Source: a virus (Duplodnaviria; Caudoviricetes). From it: a stretch of DNA of 64,000 nucleotides. Of the stretch, positions 19,384 to 28,886 are shown one piece after another. How positions within the stretch are numbered: the first letter of the stretch is position 1; each line of letters begins with the position of its first letter. A program made the position numbers and the translations under genes. The notes beneath the pieces are model-generated. The model was given only the letters and a program-made list of their open reading frames with translations, made no database searches and was not told where the DNA came from. The stretch spans positions 1-64,000 of IMG/VR virus record IMGVR_UViG_3300037467_003067. One strand, 5' to 3'.

Positions 19384-20808
19384 GTGAGTAATTTTCTCGG
19401 GGCACCTTATCCCATCACGGAAAGCATCTACGGATATCTTCACACGCAGTCTGACTTGGACCAAATCAAGTCGGATATGTTGGTCCTTTTGTTGACCAAT
19501 CCGGGGGAACGGTGTTTAACTGGTGACACTATGGTTCCTCTGGCTAACAATACAGAGTATCCAATTAAAGATTTGGTTGGGAAACCACCTTTTTGGGTTT
19601 ATTCTTTTGATATTAAATCCAATCAGGTTGTTCCTGGTTTGGCAATTGCTAAACAGACAGCAAAAAACGCTCGATTACTTAAAGTCACTTTAGATAATGG
19701 CGAAAGTGTTAGATGCACACCAGACCATTTGTGGATGCTTAGAAATGGCGAATATCAACGGGCTGATTGTTTGTCCGTTGGGGATTCTCTCATGCCATTA
19801 TACAGAAGTTTGAATACCTCTAAATACGAACGAGTATATCAGCCTGCTTTAGGCGATTACAGAGAGACTCATCTTTGTTTCATCGAAGGAACAAGGCTAA
19901 CTGGTGTGCGTGAGGTGGTCCACCATAAAGATTTAGATAAAAGAAACAATGCCCCTGATAATCTTCAATGGATGACCCGTAAAGATCATGTGGATTTGCA
20001 TAAAGAAATTAGAAATAAATTCAATGAAAAATTACGCACTGATCCTGAGTTCTATAAAGAGTGGCATTCTAAAATGAAAGCAGGTCTCAAAAAATACTAT
20101 GAGACACATGATAGTCCTAGGAAAGGCGTTGTTTTATCTGACGAGACTAAAAAGAAATGCTCAGAGAGTAAAATAAAGTTTTTTCAAACAGAAGAAGGCG
20201 AGAAACTAAAGGAACATCTTAGAGAAAAGGCTATTCAACAATTTAAAGACCAACCTCATCCGAATTTAGGTAAAAAGTGTTCTGAAGCAGAAAAAGAAAA
20301 GATGCGAGGTCCGAGACCGCAAATATGTGGTGACAATAACCCATCTAGACGCCCAGATGCGAGAGAGAAATTACGAGAAGCTTGGGTTCGTCGTAGACAA
20401 AAGAACCATAAGATTGTTGATATAGAAATTTTGGATATTAGAGAAGATTGTTATGATCTTAGCGTAGAGACTTATCATAATTTCGCCGTATCAGCGGGCG
20501 TTTTTGTTCACAATTGTATGCTCCCAAATTTTGGGACGCCCCTCCGCGAACTGATTTTCGAACCCAATGACGCCACGATCGCCACCCGCGCCAAGCAGAT
20601 GATCATCAATTCAATCACGGAGTTTGAGCCGAGGATCACGGTCGATGCGATTGACGTTTCGACTTCGATCGACCCTAACTCTCTTAATCCTAGCGATAAT
20701 CGCGACGAGATCAATCATATATTATCGATCAAGATTGCCTTCTTCGACCCCCGGAATATCCAGGAAGTCCAGGAACTTAAGCTCGAACTGCCCCTCGGTG
20801 GCGCGTAA
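19384..20808 (+). CDS. Baseplate wedge/sheath initiator gp25, intein-containing
   Basis: GTG start after AGGAG; exteins join to LLLTNPGER-CMLPNFGTPL...FEPRITV, giving about 140 aa mature protein. Confidence 0.88.
   Translation: MSNFLGAPYPITESIYGYLHTQSDLDQIKSDMLVLLLTNPGERCLTGDTMVPLANNTEYPIKDLVGKPPFWVYSFDIKSNQVVPGLAIAKQTAKNARLLKVTLDNGESVRCTPDHLWMLRNGEYQRADCLSVGDSLMPLYRSLNTSKYERVYQPALGDYRETHLCFIEGTRLTGVREVVHHKDLDKRNNAPDNLQWMTRKDHVDLHKEIRNKFNEKLRTDPEFYKEWHSKMKAGLKKYYETHDSPRKGVVLSDETKKKCSESKIKFFQTEEGEKLKEHLREKAIQQFKDQPHPNLGKKCSEAEKEKMRGPRPQICGDNNPSRRPDAREKLREAWVRRRQKNHKIVDIEILDIREDCYDLSVETYHNFAVSAGVFVHNCMLPNFGTPLRELIFEPNDATIATRAKQMIINSITEFEPRITVDAIDVSTSIDPNSLNPSDNRDEINHILSIKIAFFDPRNIQEVQELKLELPLGGA
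19513..20514 (+). mobile_element. Intein (334 aa) with HNH homing endonuclease and NUMOD3-like motifs
   Basis: CLTGDT start, CTPDH block B, VHHKDLDKRNN...NL HNH, FVHN/C end; AT-richer than the flanks. Confidence 0.92.
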
Positions 20809-20831
20809 CCCCATCAGAATAAAGGTATATC

Positions 20832-22388
20832 ATGCCATTTCAAAATTGTCCATTTAATCAGACACCGCTATCGACCTCAGATCCCATCACGAATCCGAAG
20901 TTGGCGAATCTGAATTACACCAATCAAGACTTTTGGTCCTTGAAATCCAGGTTGGTCCAGTACATCCAGCAGCATTTCGCCGACAAGTTCAACGATTTCG
21001 TCGAAGGCGATATCGCGATGATGCTCATGGAGAACTTTGCCTTCATCGGGGACACGCTTTCGTTCAAGACCGACCAGACGGCGAATGAGATATTCATCGA
21101 CACGGTCACGGAGATCGACAATGCTTTTCGGCTCTGTAAGTTGGTAGGATTCCAGCCCTTGCCGCCGATCGCGTCGAGTTCGATGTGGACCGCCGCGATC
21201 AACAATGTCCTGGCAATCGATTGCGTAATTCCTGGAGGCATCGAAGTCAATGTCTCGTCTCAAGGGACTCCGATGACGATCGAATTGTTTCCAGCCGATT
21301 CCGAGGGTAATCCCGTATTTGACCAAGATATCATTATCTCGGCCGGGAACTTGGTGAATTCTAATATCATCGGTCTTGAGGGGAGAACCGTATCCGATCA
21401 GGTTCAGGGAACCGGAATCCCAGCACAGACCTACCAAACCGCTCTTTCTCCCGTGATTTATGATTCAGTCTCGGTATCGGTCGACGGCGTCCAGTGGAAC
21501 CGCGTGGATTATTTCACAGATTCTCAGCCCCGAAGAGAGTACATGGTTGAATTCGATTCAAATTGGAATGCTTACGTGATCTTCGGCAACAACAGAGCAG
21601 GGTTGGTCCCTTCCAAAGGGTCTCAGATTGTTATCACCTATCGCCAAGGCGGTGGGGTTCAGGGCAACATCGTGACGGGTTCGGTCACTTCCCAGAGAAC
21701 TGTGAATATTACTGGATTCGACTTCAGTGTTCCGGTCGTGTTCAGGAATTACACTCCCGGTCGATACGGGTACAACGGCGACACGATCGAAGATATTCGC
21801 AGGAAATTACCTGCTTATCTTAGGACTCAAGGGCGATGTGTTACCGGCACGGACTACAAGACGACTGCCGACCAATTCGCAACGCCTTATCAGGGGCAGA
21901 TCGGCAAATCGACGGCTGTATTGAGGAATTACGGATGCGCAGCAAATATCATTGATCTCTATATATTAGCTAGTGATGGTTCTGGCGGCTTGACCGAGGC
22001 GTCCGATCCGCTCAAGATCGCGCTTCAGAATCAAATCGATTCGTTGAAGATGATGACCGACCATGTCTGTATCAGGGATGGGATCATTGTCCTGGCAGAC
22101 ATCACGATTGACCTGTCCCTGAACAAGCTCTATCGCAAATTCCAGGATGATATCAGCGTTCGGGTGAATCGCCGAGTCAACCAATTTTTCTCCTTGAATA
22201 ATTGGGAATACGGACAGACCCTCAAAGACACGGACCTTGTGAAAGTGTTGTCGGATGTGACCGAAATCGAATCCATGGACATTACGTTTACGACCAATGA
22301 TCCGGATAATTCGGGACAAATCGTCACCTCTCGATTCTACGAGATTATCCGACCCGATGCCTTGACCATTAACTTCGTTTATCAGTGA
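20832..22388 (+). CDS. Baseplate wedge gp6/baseplate J-like protein
   Basis: NYTNQDF, IFGNN.AG.VP, YRQGGG.QGN, RCVT.TDY. Confidence 0.88.
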   Translation: MPFQNCPFNQTPLSTSDPITNPKLANLNYTNQDFWSLKSRLVQYIQQHFADKFNDFVEGDIAMMLMENFAFIGDTLSFKTDQTANEIFIDTVTEIDNAFRLCKLVGFQPLPPIASSSMWTAAINNVLAIDCVIPGGIEVNVSSQGTPMTIELFPADSEGNPVFDQDIIISAGNLVNSNIIGLEGRTVSDQVQGTGIPAQTYQTALSPVIYDSVSVSVDGVQWNRVDYFTDSQPRREYMVEFDSNWNAYVIFGNNRAGLVPSKGSQIVITYRQGGGVQGNIVTGSVTSQRTVNITGFDFSVPVVFRNYTPGRYGYNGDTIEDIRRKLPAYLRTQGRCVTGTDYKTTADQFATPYQGQIGKSTAVLRNYGCAANIIDLYILASDGSGGLTEASDPLKIALQNQIDSLKMMTDHVCIRDGIIVLADITIDLSLNKLYRKFQDDISVRVNRRVNQFFSLNNWEYGQTLKDTDLVKVLSDVTEIESMDITFTTNDPDNSGQIVTSRFYEIIRPDALTINFVYQ

Positions 22389-22393
22389 GATAC

Positions 22394-25300
22394 ATGGCAC
22401 TCTTATCAATTGAACAAAATCCGACAATCACCGACACAATTCGGTTCGACCTGCTTACTCCGGATGCAGATGGATGCCCGCCGCTGAATGCCACTACCAG
22501 CAATACCTACATGGTGAACCAGGTGGTAGTCTATTTCGTCGAGCGGGATTTCACCGTCCCTGATTCGATGGACACGGTCTACCCTTTGCAGCATGTCGAC
22601 CCGATTGCCGAAGTCGTCGCTGCGGCAGCCGAAGCGGTTGCGTGCAGTTCGCCCACGGATGAGAATATCGCCGAGGCGAAGCGGCTGAGGATGTTGGCGG
22701 ATACCGCGATCAGCACCACTGATTTCCATTATAAGGACACGAAAGCCATCGCCACCTTCGGAACGCACGATTTCCCGGCGTGGCTCAGGACCGATCCCGA
22801 TAATTCCATTCTCCAGCCGTATGTTGATGACAACGGAGATGCCGTACCGGGGCGGTTCACCCTGGATTGGACTCCCGATGGCGAGGCACGCGAGGGCGAT
22901 TACTTCATTTGCTGGACTTGGACCCCGCTCTTGGCTGGCGACAGCATGTCATCTCACCAGCCTTTTTACCTGCTGGGCGACACGCAAATCACCACGGCGC
23001 TTCCGATTCATCAGACCGTTCCTAATAAATACGAGACTCTCCTGGAACGATATCTCCCCGAGATGTTCAAGATGCATTTGTGTCCCGGCGACCTTACTCC
23101 CGAGGTGGTGGACAATTTTCACTCAGCGGTAGCGATGTCATTTACCGACATCGAAAACCTGGTGAATCAAATCATCGACCTCTTGGACGCGAACTGTACT
23201 TACGAGGCATTCCTGCCTTATCTGTCGAACCTCTTCAATCTGAAGTTACGCAGTCCCGACCCAACTCGATGGCGACGACAGATCAAGCGTGCGATCCCGC
23301 TCTATAAGCAGAAAGGAACTTTGGGCGGCTTAATCTCGGCACTTGACCAGGCTGGGATCACCTTGACCAAATTTACCAAGATGTGGCAGATCGAATCTCA
23401 GTACACTTATACCGACATGTTTCATGTGTCCGATGCATCGGAATTGGCTTTTGAATTGTCCCATGTGGCATTGCCTTTGGATTTGAATAATTTTTCTTTG
23501 AAATATCGTCCGCAAGGGTCGTCTTCCTATATGTCCCTGGATTCAAGCTATGTGGCATTCGATACGGTTGATGGGGTTTCTACGATGACCTGGATTGGTC
23601 ACACTCTGTCCTATCCGATCTCCCTTGCCGAGGGAGATTTATTAGTGGTTATGTACTTGATCAAAACAGTCCCGACGGGCAAACAATCGCCGGAGAATTA
23701 CTTGCGATCACTCGACCTCGCCGATCAAAGGGACGCACTTGATCCGGAAGGAAATTTGATTATTCCTTTGAAGAATTGGAATATTCATGTGATTGAGGAA
23801 GACGATGCCTTGTTCGATGTCCTGATTCCGACCCGTCATCCTTACGCTGATGATGTCATCTTCGGCAAGGTCCGCACGGAATTTGCCTTCTCGGAAAACA
23901 TCTATAACATGGACGCTTACAATGGCAGCAAGCGAGATTCGACCAATCCATGCGATATCGACCAGGACTTCCTTGACGATTGCTCGGCATGCCTGAGCAG
24001 CAAGTTCACGGTGGATCTGGAAATCCATGACATTTCTAATGACAAGATCGTAGAAGCTGAAGAGATCATCGGCGAGTATTCTCCGTTTCACGCCATCCTT
24101 CATCATATGAATGTATCAGGAATAGTAGAAGAATTCGTCATCTCCCCCGTAGAAACTGTAGATACATTAGTTAATATAAACCAGAATGAATATGTATTTG
24201 CTGGCAATGCCAATGATGTGTTCACCCGATATCGATTGAATGGCTACGACCCCGATTCAGTCCGCAGGGATATGTTGGCAGAGACGGAGACCGTCGTTTC
24301 GGCGGCGTCCGGTGTGGGCTACAACGATTCCATTGTCCTCTACTGTCCTGAGGTGCGATTCGACCGTCTACCGATCAGCAGCATAACCGTCCTGGAAGTA
24401 TTGGCTCCTTCGGCGAATGCTGGGACTTATGCCACGGTCCAGAATCCCGGAAGGAATACCTTGGAAGTATCCGGAGTTGCCGAGCCATTGAATCAGAATT
24501 TGTTTACGTTTAGATTATCAAATAAAATCTACGACAATCCCTCGGCGAACATTTACCAGGATGATTTGTTCGAATTGGGTGATTCTAATATTAATTTTGG
24601 AGACCTAGGGGTTATCAGCCAGTGGGACGTAGACAATCAGAACGGGATCACAGCATCGGCATGGACCGTGAATATTCCTGCGTATGGAGTCTTCGATATT
24701 GCTGATATCACTCCTTCGGGAAATTTGGTCCTTAGTGATCCGAGCCGCTTGCTTCCCGTGGTGACGACGACGGGCATCGGTTATACAGTCGTGGATGATT
24801 CGTCTGTTACCGTGGCATCGAGTAATACGGGGCGGCTCACGGTCCAGAGGCGTGGTCGTCTCAAGACCCCCGATGTCAACGTACCCGATATCAGGGGCTT
24901 GGTCCAAGTTGGTTTCTACGTCTTATATTCGGGGACTCAGTATCGGGTCAGCGGGTTTGTCGGCAGTGAAGTCGATGAATGCTACCTGGAAGGGTATTCG
25001 GGCGGGGATGCGGCTGGCGTCTCGGTCGCGTTCTACCATCGCAGGGTCGACCAGGAAATCGGTTACTTCGACTATAAGGGCATGAAGTTGGATGCAGGCA
25101 CAGACCTGGAAGCTAGCCTAGGAATCCTGAACGGGCAAAACGCGCCCACCGACCCCAATCTCGTCCTGGATAATGACCATTTCAAGGAAAATTACCTCAT
25201 CCTGATCGACAACAGTTATTACCGGATCGAGGATATCGATGCTAACATAGTGACTCTTGTGGGTACTATGGTGGATTATACTACATTAAGTTTTGGCGGG

Positions 25301-25558
25301 CAGACCGTGGCTTATGACGTGATCCACTTCACGAAGAATTCGATCATCATCGACGATCAATATTTTGATTATATTGATCGAAGCGGTAGTGATTTGGTCA
25401 ACATCGAACAGGTCAGCGACGTTTCGGCGAGTTCGCTCGCCATGACTGCGTTGAATACACCTCCCGGCTCGTCACTTGAAGAGGTGGTATCTCAGGACGA
25501 AAGCGTAACCTTCCTGATTCAATATGCCGATGGAACTAATATGGAAATGAATTTATGA
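22394..25558 (+). CDS. Large baseplate wedge protein (gp7/P2 gpI-like)
   Basis: FLPYLS...WRRQIKRAIPLYKQKGT motif; follows baseplate J. Confidence 0.78.
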   Translation: MALLSIEQNPTITDTIRFDLLTPDADGCPPLNATTSNTYMVNQVVVYFVERDFTVPDSMDTVYPLQHVDPIAEVVAAAAEAVACSSPTDENIAEAKRLRMLADTAISTTDFHYKDTKAIATFGTHDFPAWLRTDPDNSILQPYVDDNGDAVPGRFTLDWTPDGEAREGDYFICWTWTPLLAGDSMSSHQPFYLLGDTQITTALPIHQTVPNKYETLLERYLPEMFKMHLCPGDLTPEVVDNFHSAVAMSFTDIENLVNQIIDLLDANCTYEAFLPYLSNLFNLKLRSPDPTRWRRQIKRAIPLYKQKGTLGGLISALDQAGITLTKFTKMWQIESQYTYTDMFHVSDASELAFELSHVALPLDLNNFSLKYRPQGSSSYMSLDSSYVAFDTVDGVSTMTWIGHTLSYPISLAEGDLLVVMYLIKTVPTGKQSPENYLRSLDLADQRDALDPEGNLIIPLKNWNIHVIEEDDALFDVLIPTRHPYADDVIFGKVRTEFAFSENIYNMDAYNGSKRDSTNPCDIDQDFLDDCSACLSSKFTVDLEIHDISNDKIVEAEEIIGEYSPFHAILHHMNVSGIVEEFVISPVETVDTLVNINQNEYVFAGNANDVFTRYRLNGYDPDSVRRDMLAETETVVSAASGVGYNDSIVLYCPEVRFDRLPISSITVLEVLAPSANAGTYATVQNPGRNTLEVSGVAEPLNQNLFTFRLSNKIYDNPSANIYQDDLFELGDSNINFGDLGVISQWDVDNQNGITASAWTVNIPAYGVFDIADITPSGNLVLSDPSRLLPVVTTTGIGYTVVDDSSVTVASSNTGRLTVQRRGRLKTPDVNVPDIRGLVQVGFYVLYSGTQYRVSGFVGSEVDECYLEGYSGGDAAGVSVAFYHRRVDQEIGYFDYKGMKLDAGTDLEASLGILNGQNAPTDPNLVLDNDHFKENYLILIDNSYYRIEDIDANIVTLVGTMVDYTTLSFGGQTVAYDVIHFTKNSIIIDDQYFDYIDRSGSDLVNIEQVSDVSASSLAMTALNTPPGSSLEEVVSQDESVTFLIQYADGTNMEMNL

Positions 25559-26049
25559 TAACTGAAAATTTGAAAGCTAAAGGCGAGATTTTCATGGACA
25601 TCTACCACCTAGATGGTAGTCCTGAAGAGAATGTTGTCTACGTCGAGCAGAGACATTACCAGAATACGATTTTAAGGACGGGACGTGCCGCCCTGGTGTC
25701 AGCCTTGACCAATCAGATCGGCGATGATTTCGAATTCTACATCAACCGAATGATCTTCGGCAGCGACGGCACGGCGGATGGTGTGCCGAAGTACGTGACC
25801 GACGATCGTGAGGGATTGTTCGGTTTGACGGTGCTGAGCAAGCCTGTGGTCTCATCGGTCGATGCATCGAATTCGACGATTGCGGTCTTCACATCGACGA
25901 TCGCTTCGAGCGAGGCGAATGGGATCGCGCTCAACGAGATGGCGTTACAAATGTCCAACGGTGATCTATATAGTATGAAGACATTTCCCGATCTCAACAA
26001 GACGAGCACGATGCAACTGGTTCTTACGTGGAAACTTTTCTTTGTGTAA
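25555..26049 (+). CDS. Baseplate/tail-fibre attachment protein
   Basis: EANGIALNEMAL...LYSMKTFPDLNK...LTWKL pattern of tail-collar domains. Confidence 0.7.
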   Translation: MITENLKAKGEIFMDIYHLDGSPEENVVYVEQRHYQNTILRTGRAALVSALTNQIGDDFEFYINRMIFGSDGTADGVPKYVTDDREGLFGLTVLSKPVVSSVDASNSTIAVFTSTIASSEANGIALNEMALQMSNGDLYSMKTFPDLNKTSTMQLVLTWKLFFV

Positions 26050-26353
26050 AATTAATGTAAGAACTATTTTTGCAATGCGGGAAGCAGGCGTACAGAACAA
26101 GCAGATAGCTGTTGATTTTGGTATACATTCTACAACAGTCAGTACGATCCTCAATGGTAAGATTTGGAAGCATTTGGGACTTGATAAAACAATAAGGACC
26201 AATAAAAGACTAAATATAAAAGAACTAGATGAGGTTAAACACTTACTAGTTGAAGGAAAGACTCGACAAGAAATAGCCGCCAAGTTTGGAGTATCTGTCA
26301 CTACCATTCTTCGAATAGATAATAAACAAAAAGAGAGAGGTAATTCACTCTAA
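26042..26353 (+). CDS. Double-HTH protein, probable remnant of an HNH homing endonuclease
   Basis: IAVDFGIHSTTVSTILNGKIWKH and IAAKFGVSVTTI; AT-rich island; no nuclease domain. Confidence 0.6.
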   Translation: MCKINVRTIFAMREAGVQNKQIAVDFGIHSTTVSTILNGKIWKHLGLDKTIRTNKRLNIKELDEVKHLLVEGKTRQEIAAKFGVSVTTILRIDNKQKERGNSL

Positions 26354-26462
26354 AATCGAACAATGGAGTGGTCAGGAATAAATACAAGGGGGAGTTCCTT
26401 CGAGGCGATCAGTGCCAGGAACCTTGCGACGACTATTCTTTCTGATCCTTTAAGGAGCGTAG

Positions 26463-28316
26463 ATGCCGAATATTGAACAAGTCCCACAGCAACTTTATCA
26501 CCCGCTTGATCCATACCATTATCTCATTGATAACATGCCGATCAACGGCATCTTGGATCAGCTTCAATTGGTCAACAATGCCGTCGATGTGGCAAGCGAT
26601 CAAATTCGGAATGCCATCGGGACTTCGGGGAGTTTGGCGAATCGTCTGAACGCTTCCTTGGCAGCCGACGGTTCACTACTCGCATCGGCTGTTGACGGTA
26701 CGCTCCACAACATCGGCGCTCACGCCGACGGGTCTTATGGCGGCATCGATTACGTCCGCATGACCAAGGATGAGCGGGACAAGCTCACGTTGGTCGCCGA
26801 TAACGCGACCAACCTCCAACTCCAGTTCGACGCGACCCCCACGACGGTTTTCGATTCAGGGGTCGTCGAAGTTGAGTCTTCCGTGGGCATTGCCTGGAAT
26901 ATCCTGCCGGGTAACAAGGTCAAGGCTAATTTGACCTTCCCCACTTCTTCGATTCACCGGCACTATTATGACCAGGAACCAATGTTCGCGGGCATGTCGC
27001 CCGATTACCAGAATTACAAGGTTTCCTCGTCGATCGTCTCGTTCATCGAGGATTCTTTACGGGTCACGATCAATGGCTATATGCTGAGCCAGGACGATGT
27101 TGTCGAGGTGCCGATCGGCAGCAGCGGGACACCGACGAATCTGAAGTTCACCCCCTCGGCAGGTTCGGGAACGTTCGCCCTCAATGTTCCAATCACATCT
27201 GTTGATATTATCAGAATTGATTTTGACATCTTGTTGTACACGGGCGGCAGTGACACAGACCCGGTCGTGACGACGGGAGCTCAGGGACCGCAGGGGATCA
27301 CGGGTCCGCAAGGATTCCAAGGAGATTTTGGTGGTCCTCAGGGTACTCAGGGATTCCAGGGGACGGCTGGGACCGGTGCTCAGGGTACTCAGGGATTCCA
27401 GGGAGCAACCGGGACGCAAGGTACTCAAGGGTTCCAGGGGACGACGGGTAGTACGGGTCCAGGCGGTCCTCAGGGCAGCACGGGAGCAACCGGAACACAA
27501 GGCAACCAAGGGTTCCAGGGGACGACGGGTAGTACGGGTCCAGGCGGTCCTCAGGGCAACACGGGAGCAACCGGAACGCAAGGCAACCAAGGGTTCCAGG
27601 GAGATGTGGGCGTTACGGGACCTCAAGGTCCGTCTGATGGTCCTCAAGGACCACAGGGCAATCAAGGAAACCAAGGATTCCAGGGCAATCAAGGGTTCCA
27701 GGGTAATCAAGGATTCCAGGGAGTGACCGGTGCAGGCACTCAAGGACCGCAAGGCAATCAGGGAGGGTTAGGGCTTACAGGACCAATGGGTAATCAGGGG
27801 AATACTGGATCTCAGGGTCCTCAGGGATATCAAGGGAACCAAGGTGCGGCGGCGAATCTGACCATTGGTAGCGTAATTTCTTCCGGAACAAGCGGCAGCA
27901 TCCTCTGCGTTGGTCCAGTGGGAAGCGATAGCGGATTGAATCAATTACACTCCTTGACGTATGATGTTTCCAATGAGAAATTACACGTCAGTAAGGATAT
28001 GGATTTTTCCTTGCATGCGTTGTTGTCGCTGGATTGCTCGCTTGGATCGGCTCCTACATCCTCGCCGCTTGGCACATTCAATGCATATAATACGACGAGC
28101 AATGCGATCACGGTTACGTTGCCGTTGCTCGCCAGCACGAGCTCGGGAACATTCTTTATATTCAAAGATGAAGCGGGGTTTGCCGGTACGAACAACATCA
28201 CGATTACAGCGAATGCTAGTGACTTAATAGACGGAGCATCGGTCAAGATCATCAATACGAATTACGGGGTGTTGAGGATTTACAACAGCCTGGGGTCCAA
28301 GTGGAATACCTTCTAA
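26463..28316 (+). CDS. Collagen-like tail fibre protein
   Basis: About 190 aa of Gly-X-Y (GxQ) repeats; C-terminal TVTLP...FIFKDEAG...IDG domain; AGGAG RBS. Confidence 0.88.
   Translation: MPNIEQVPQQLYHPLDPYHYLIDNMPINGILDQLQLVNNAVDVASDQIRNAIGTSGSLANRLNASLAADGSLLASAVDGTLHNIGAHADGSYGGIDYVRMTKDERDKLTLVADNATNLQLQFDATPTTVFDSGVVEVESSVGIAWNILPGNKVKANLTFPTSSIHRHYYDQEPMFAGMSPDYQNYKVSSSIVSFIEDSLRVTINGYMLSQDDVVEVPIGSSGTPTNLKFTPSAGSGTFALNVPITSVDIIRIDFDILLYTGGSDTDPVVTTGAQGPQGITGPQGFQGDFGGPQGTQGFQGTAGTGAQGTQGFQGATGTQGTQGFQGTTGSTGPGGPQGSTGATGTQGNQGFQGTTGSTGPGGPQGNTGATGTQGNQGFQGDVGVTGPQGPSDGPQGPQGNQGNQGFQGNQGFQGNQGFQGVTGAGTQGPQGNQGGLGLTGPMGNQGNTGSQGPQGYQGNQGAAANLTIGSVISSGTSGSILCVGPVGSDSGLNQLHSLTYDVSNEKLHVSKDMDFSLHALLSLDCSLGSAPTSSPLGTFNAYNTTSNAITVTLPLLASTSSGTFFIFKDEAGFAGTNNITITANASDLIDGASVKIINTNYGVLRIYNSLGSKWNTF
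27277..27845 (+). repeat. Gly-X-Y coding repeats including near-identical 81-bp units
   Basis: GATGTQG(T/N)QGFQGTTGSTGPGGPQG(S/N)T repeated; GNQGFQ 18-bp units. Confidence 0.85.
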
Positions 28317-28335
28317 TTATAGAAAGATTAAAACA

Positions 28336-28869
28336 ATGGAGTTATACAAATATAAACCCCTTAATGTAGGATTCGTGGCTATTTGCCCCGACCCCAGCGT
28401 TTCCGCATTGCGAGTGACCGTCAACAGTGCCAGGAAACGATACGACAGCCCGTGCGTTGCGGCGGTCCCCGAGAATATTGATCCTCAAGTCCTGGAAGGC
28501 ATGCAGAAAATCTGCCCCGTACACAAGGGGTTGGACACGATCACTTCGCTGATCAATGTCGGGATGGATCATGGACCGGCTGATTGGAATATGACCGTTA
28601 TGGCTGGGACGTGGGTAAGAGCGAATTTAGATAAGAAATATTCTTACTTCGTTGAATCCGAAACGGATATATTGTATGCTATAGTCAACGGATTTTACGA
28701 ATTCGTTGACTGCTCCCTCAACGGCATTATGATCCACAAGGACACCTGGAAAAAGGTCGGTCATTTTTGCCCCCAAAGTCCCTTGGCAGTGTGCAAACTG
28801 TTCTGGGCTGAGGAAGCGATTAGATTGGGACACCAATTCAAAGGGATAATTGGTACACAAATGATCTGA
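28336..28869 (+). CDS. Hypothetical protein, possibly a divergent GT-A glycosyltransferase fold
   Basis: beta-alpha N-terminus, SLINVG, GIMIHK..WKKVG.F. Confidence 0.45.
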   Translation: MELYKYKPLNVGFVAICPDPSVSALRVTVNSARKRYDSPCVAAVPENIDPQVLEGMQKICPVHKGLDTITSLINVGMDHGPADWNMTVMAGTWVRANLDKKYSYFVESETDILYAIVNGFYEFVDCSLNGIMIHKDTWKKVGHFCPQSPLAVCKLFWAEEAIRLGHQFKGIIGTQMI

Positions 28870-28886
28870 GTCCCCCTAAATAGATC

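Noticed and set aside
10599-25558. Bacterial contractile injection system or T6SS
   Set aside because: Portal, terminase, primase and DNA end protector in the same window indicate a phage
26070-26440. Group I intron suggested by AATGCGGGAAGC and ACGACTA
   Set aside because: No matching S element (TAGTC partner) was found, and the upstream gene ends normally
27277-27845. Repeats as a CRISPR array or DGR template
   Set aside because: They are in-frame Gly-X-Y codons with no unique spacers, and no reverse transcriptase is present
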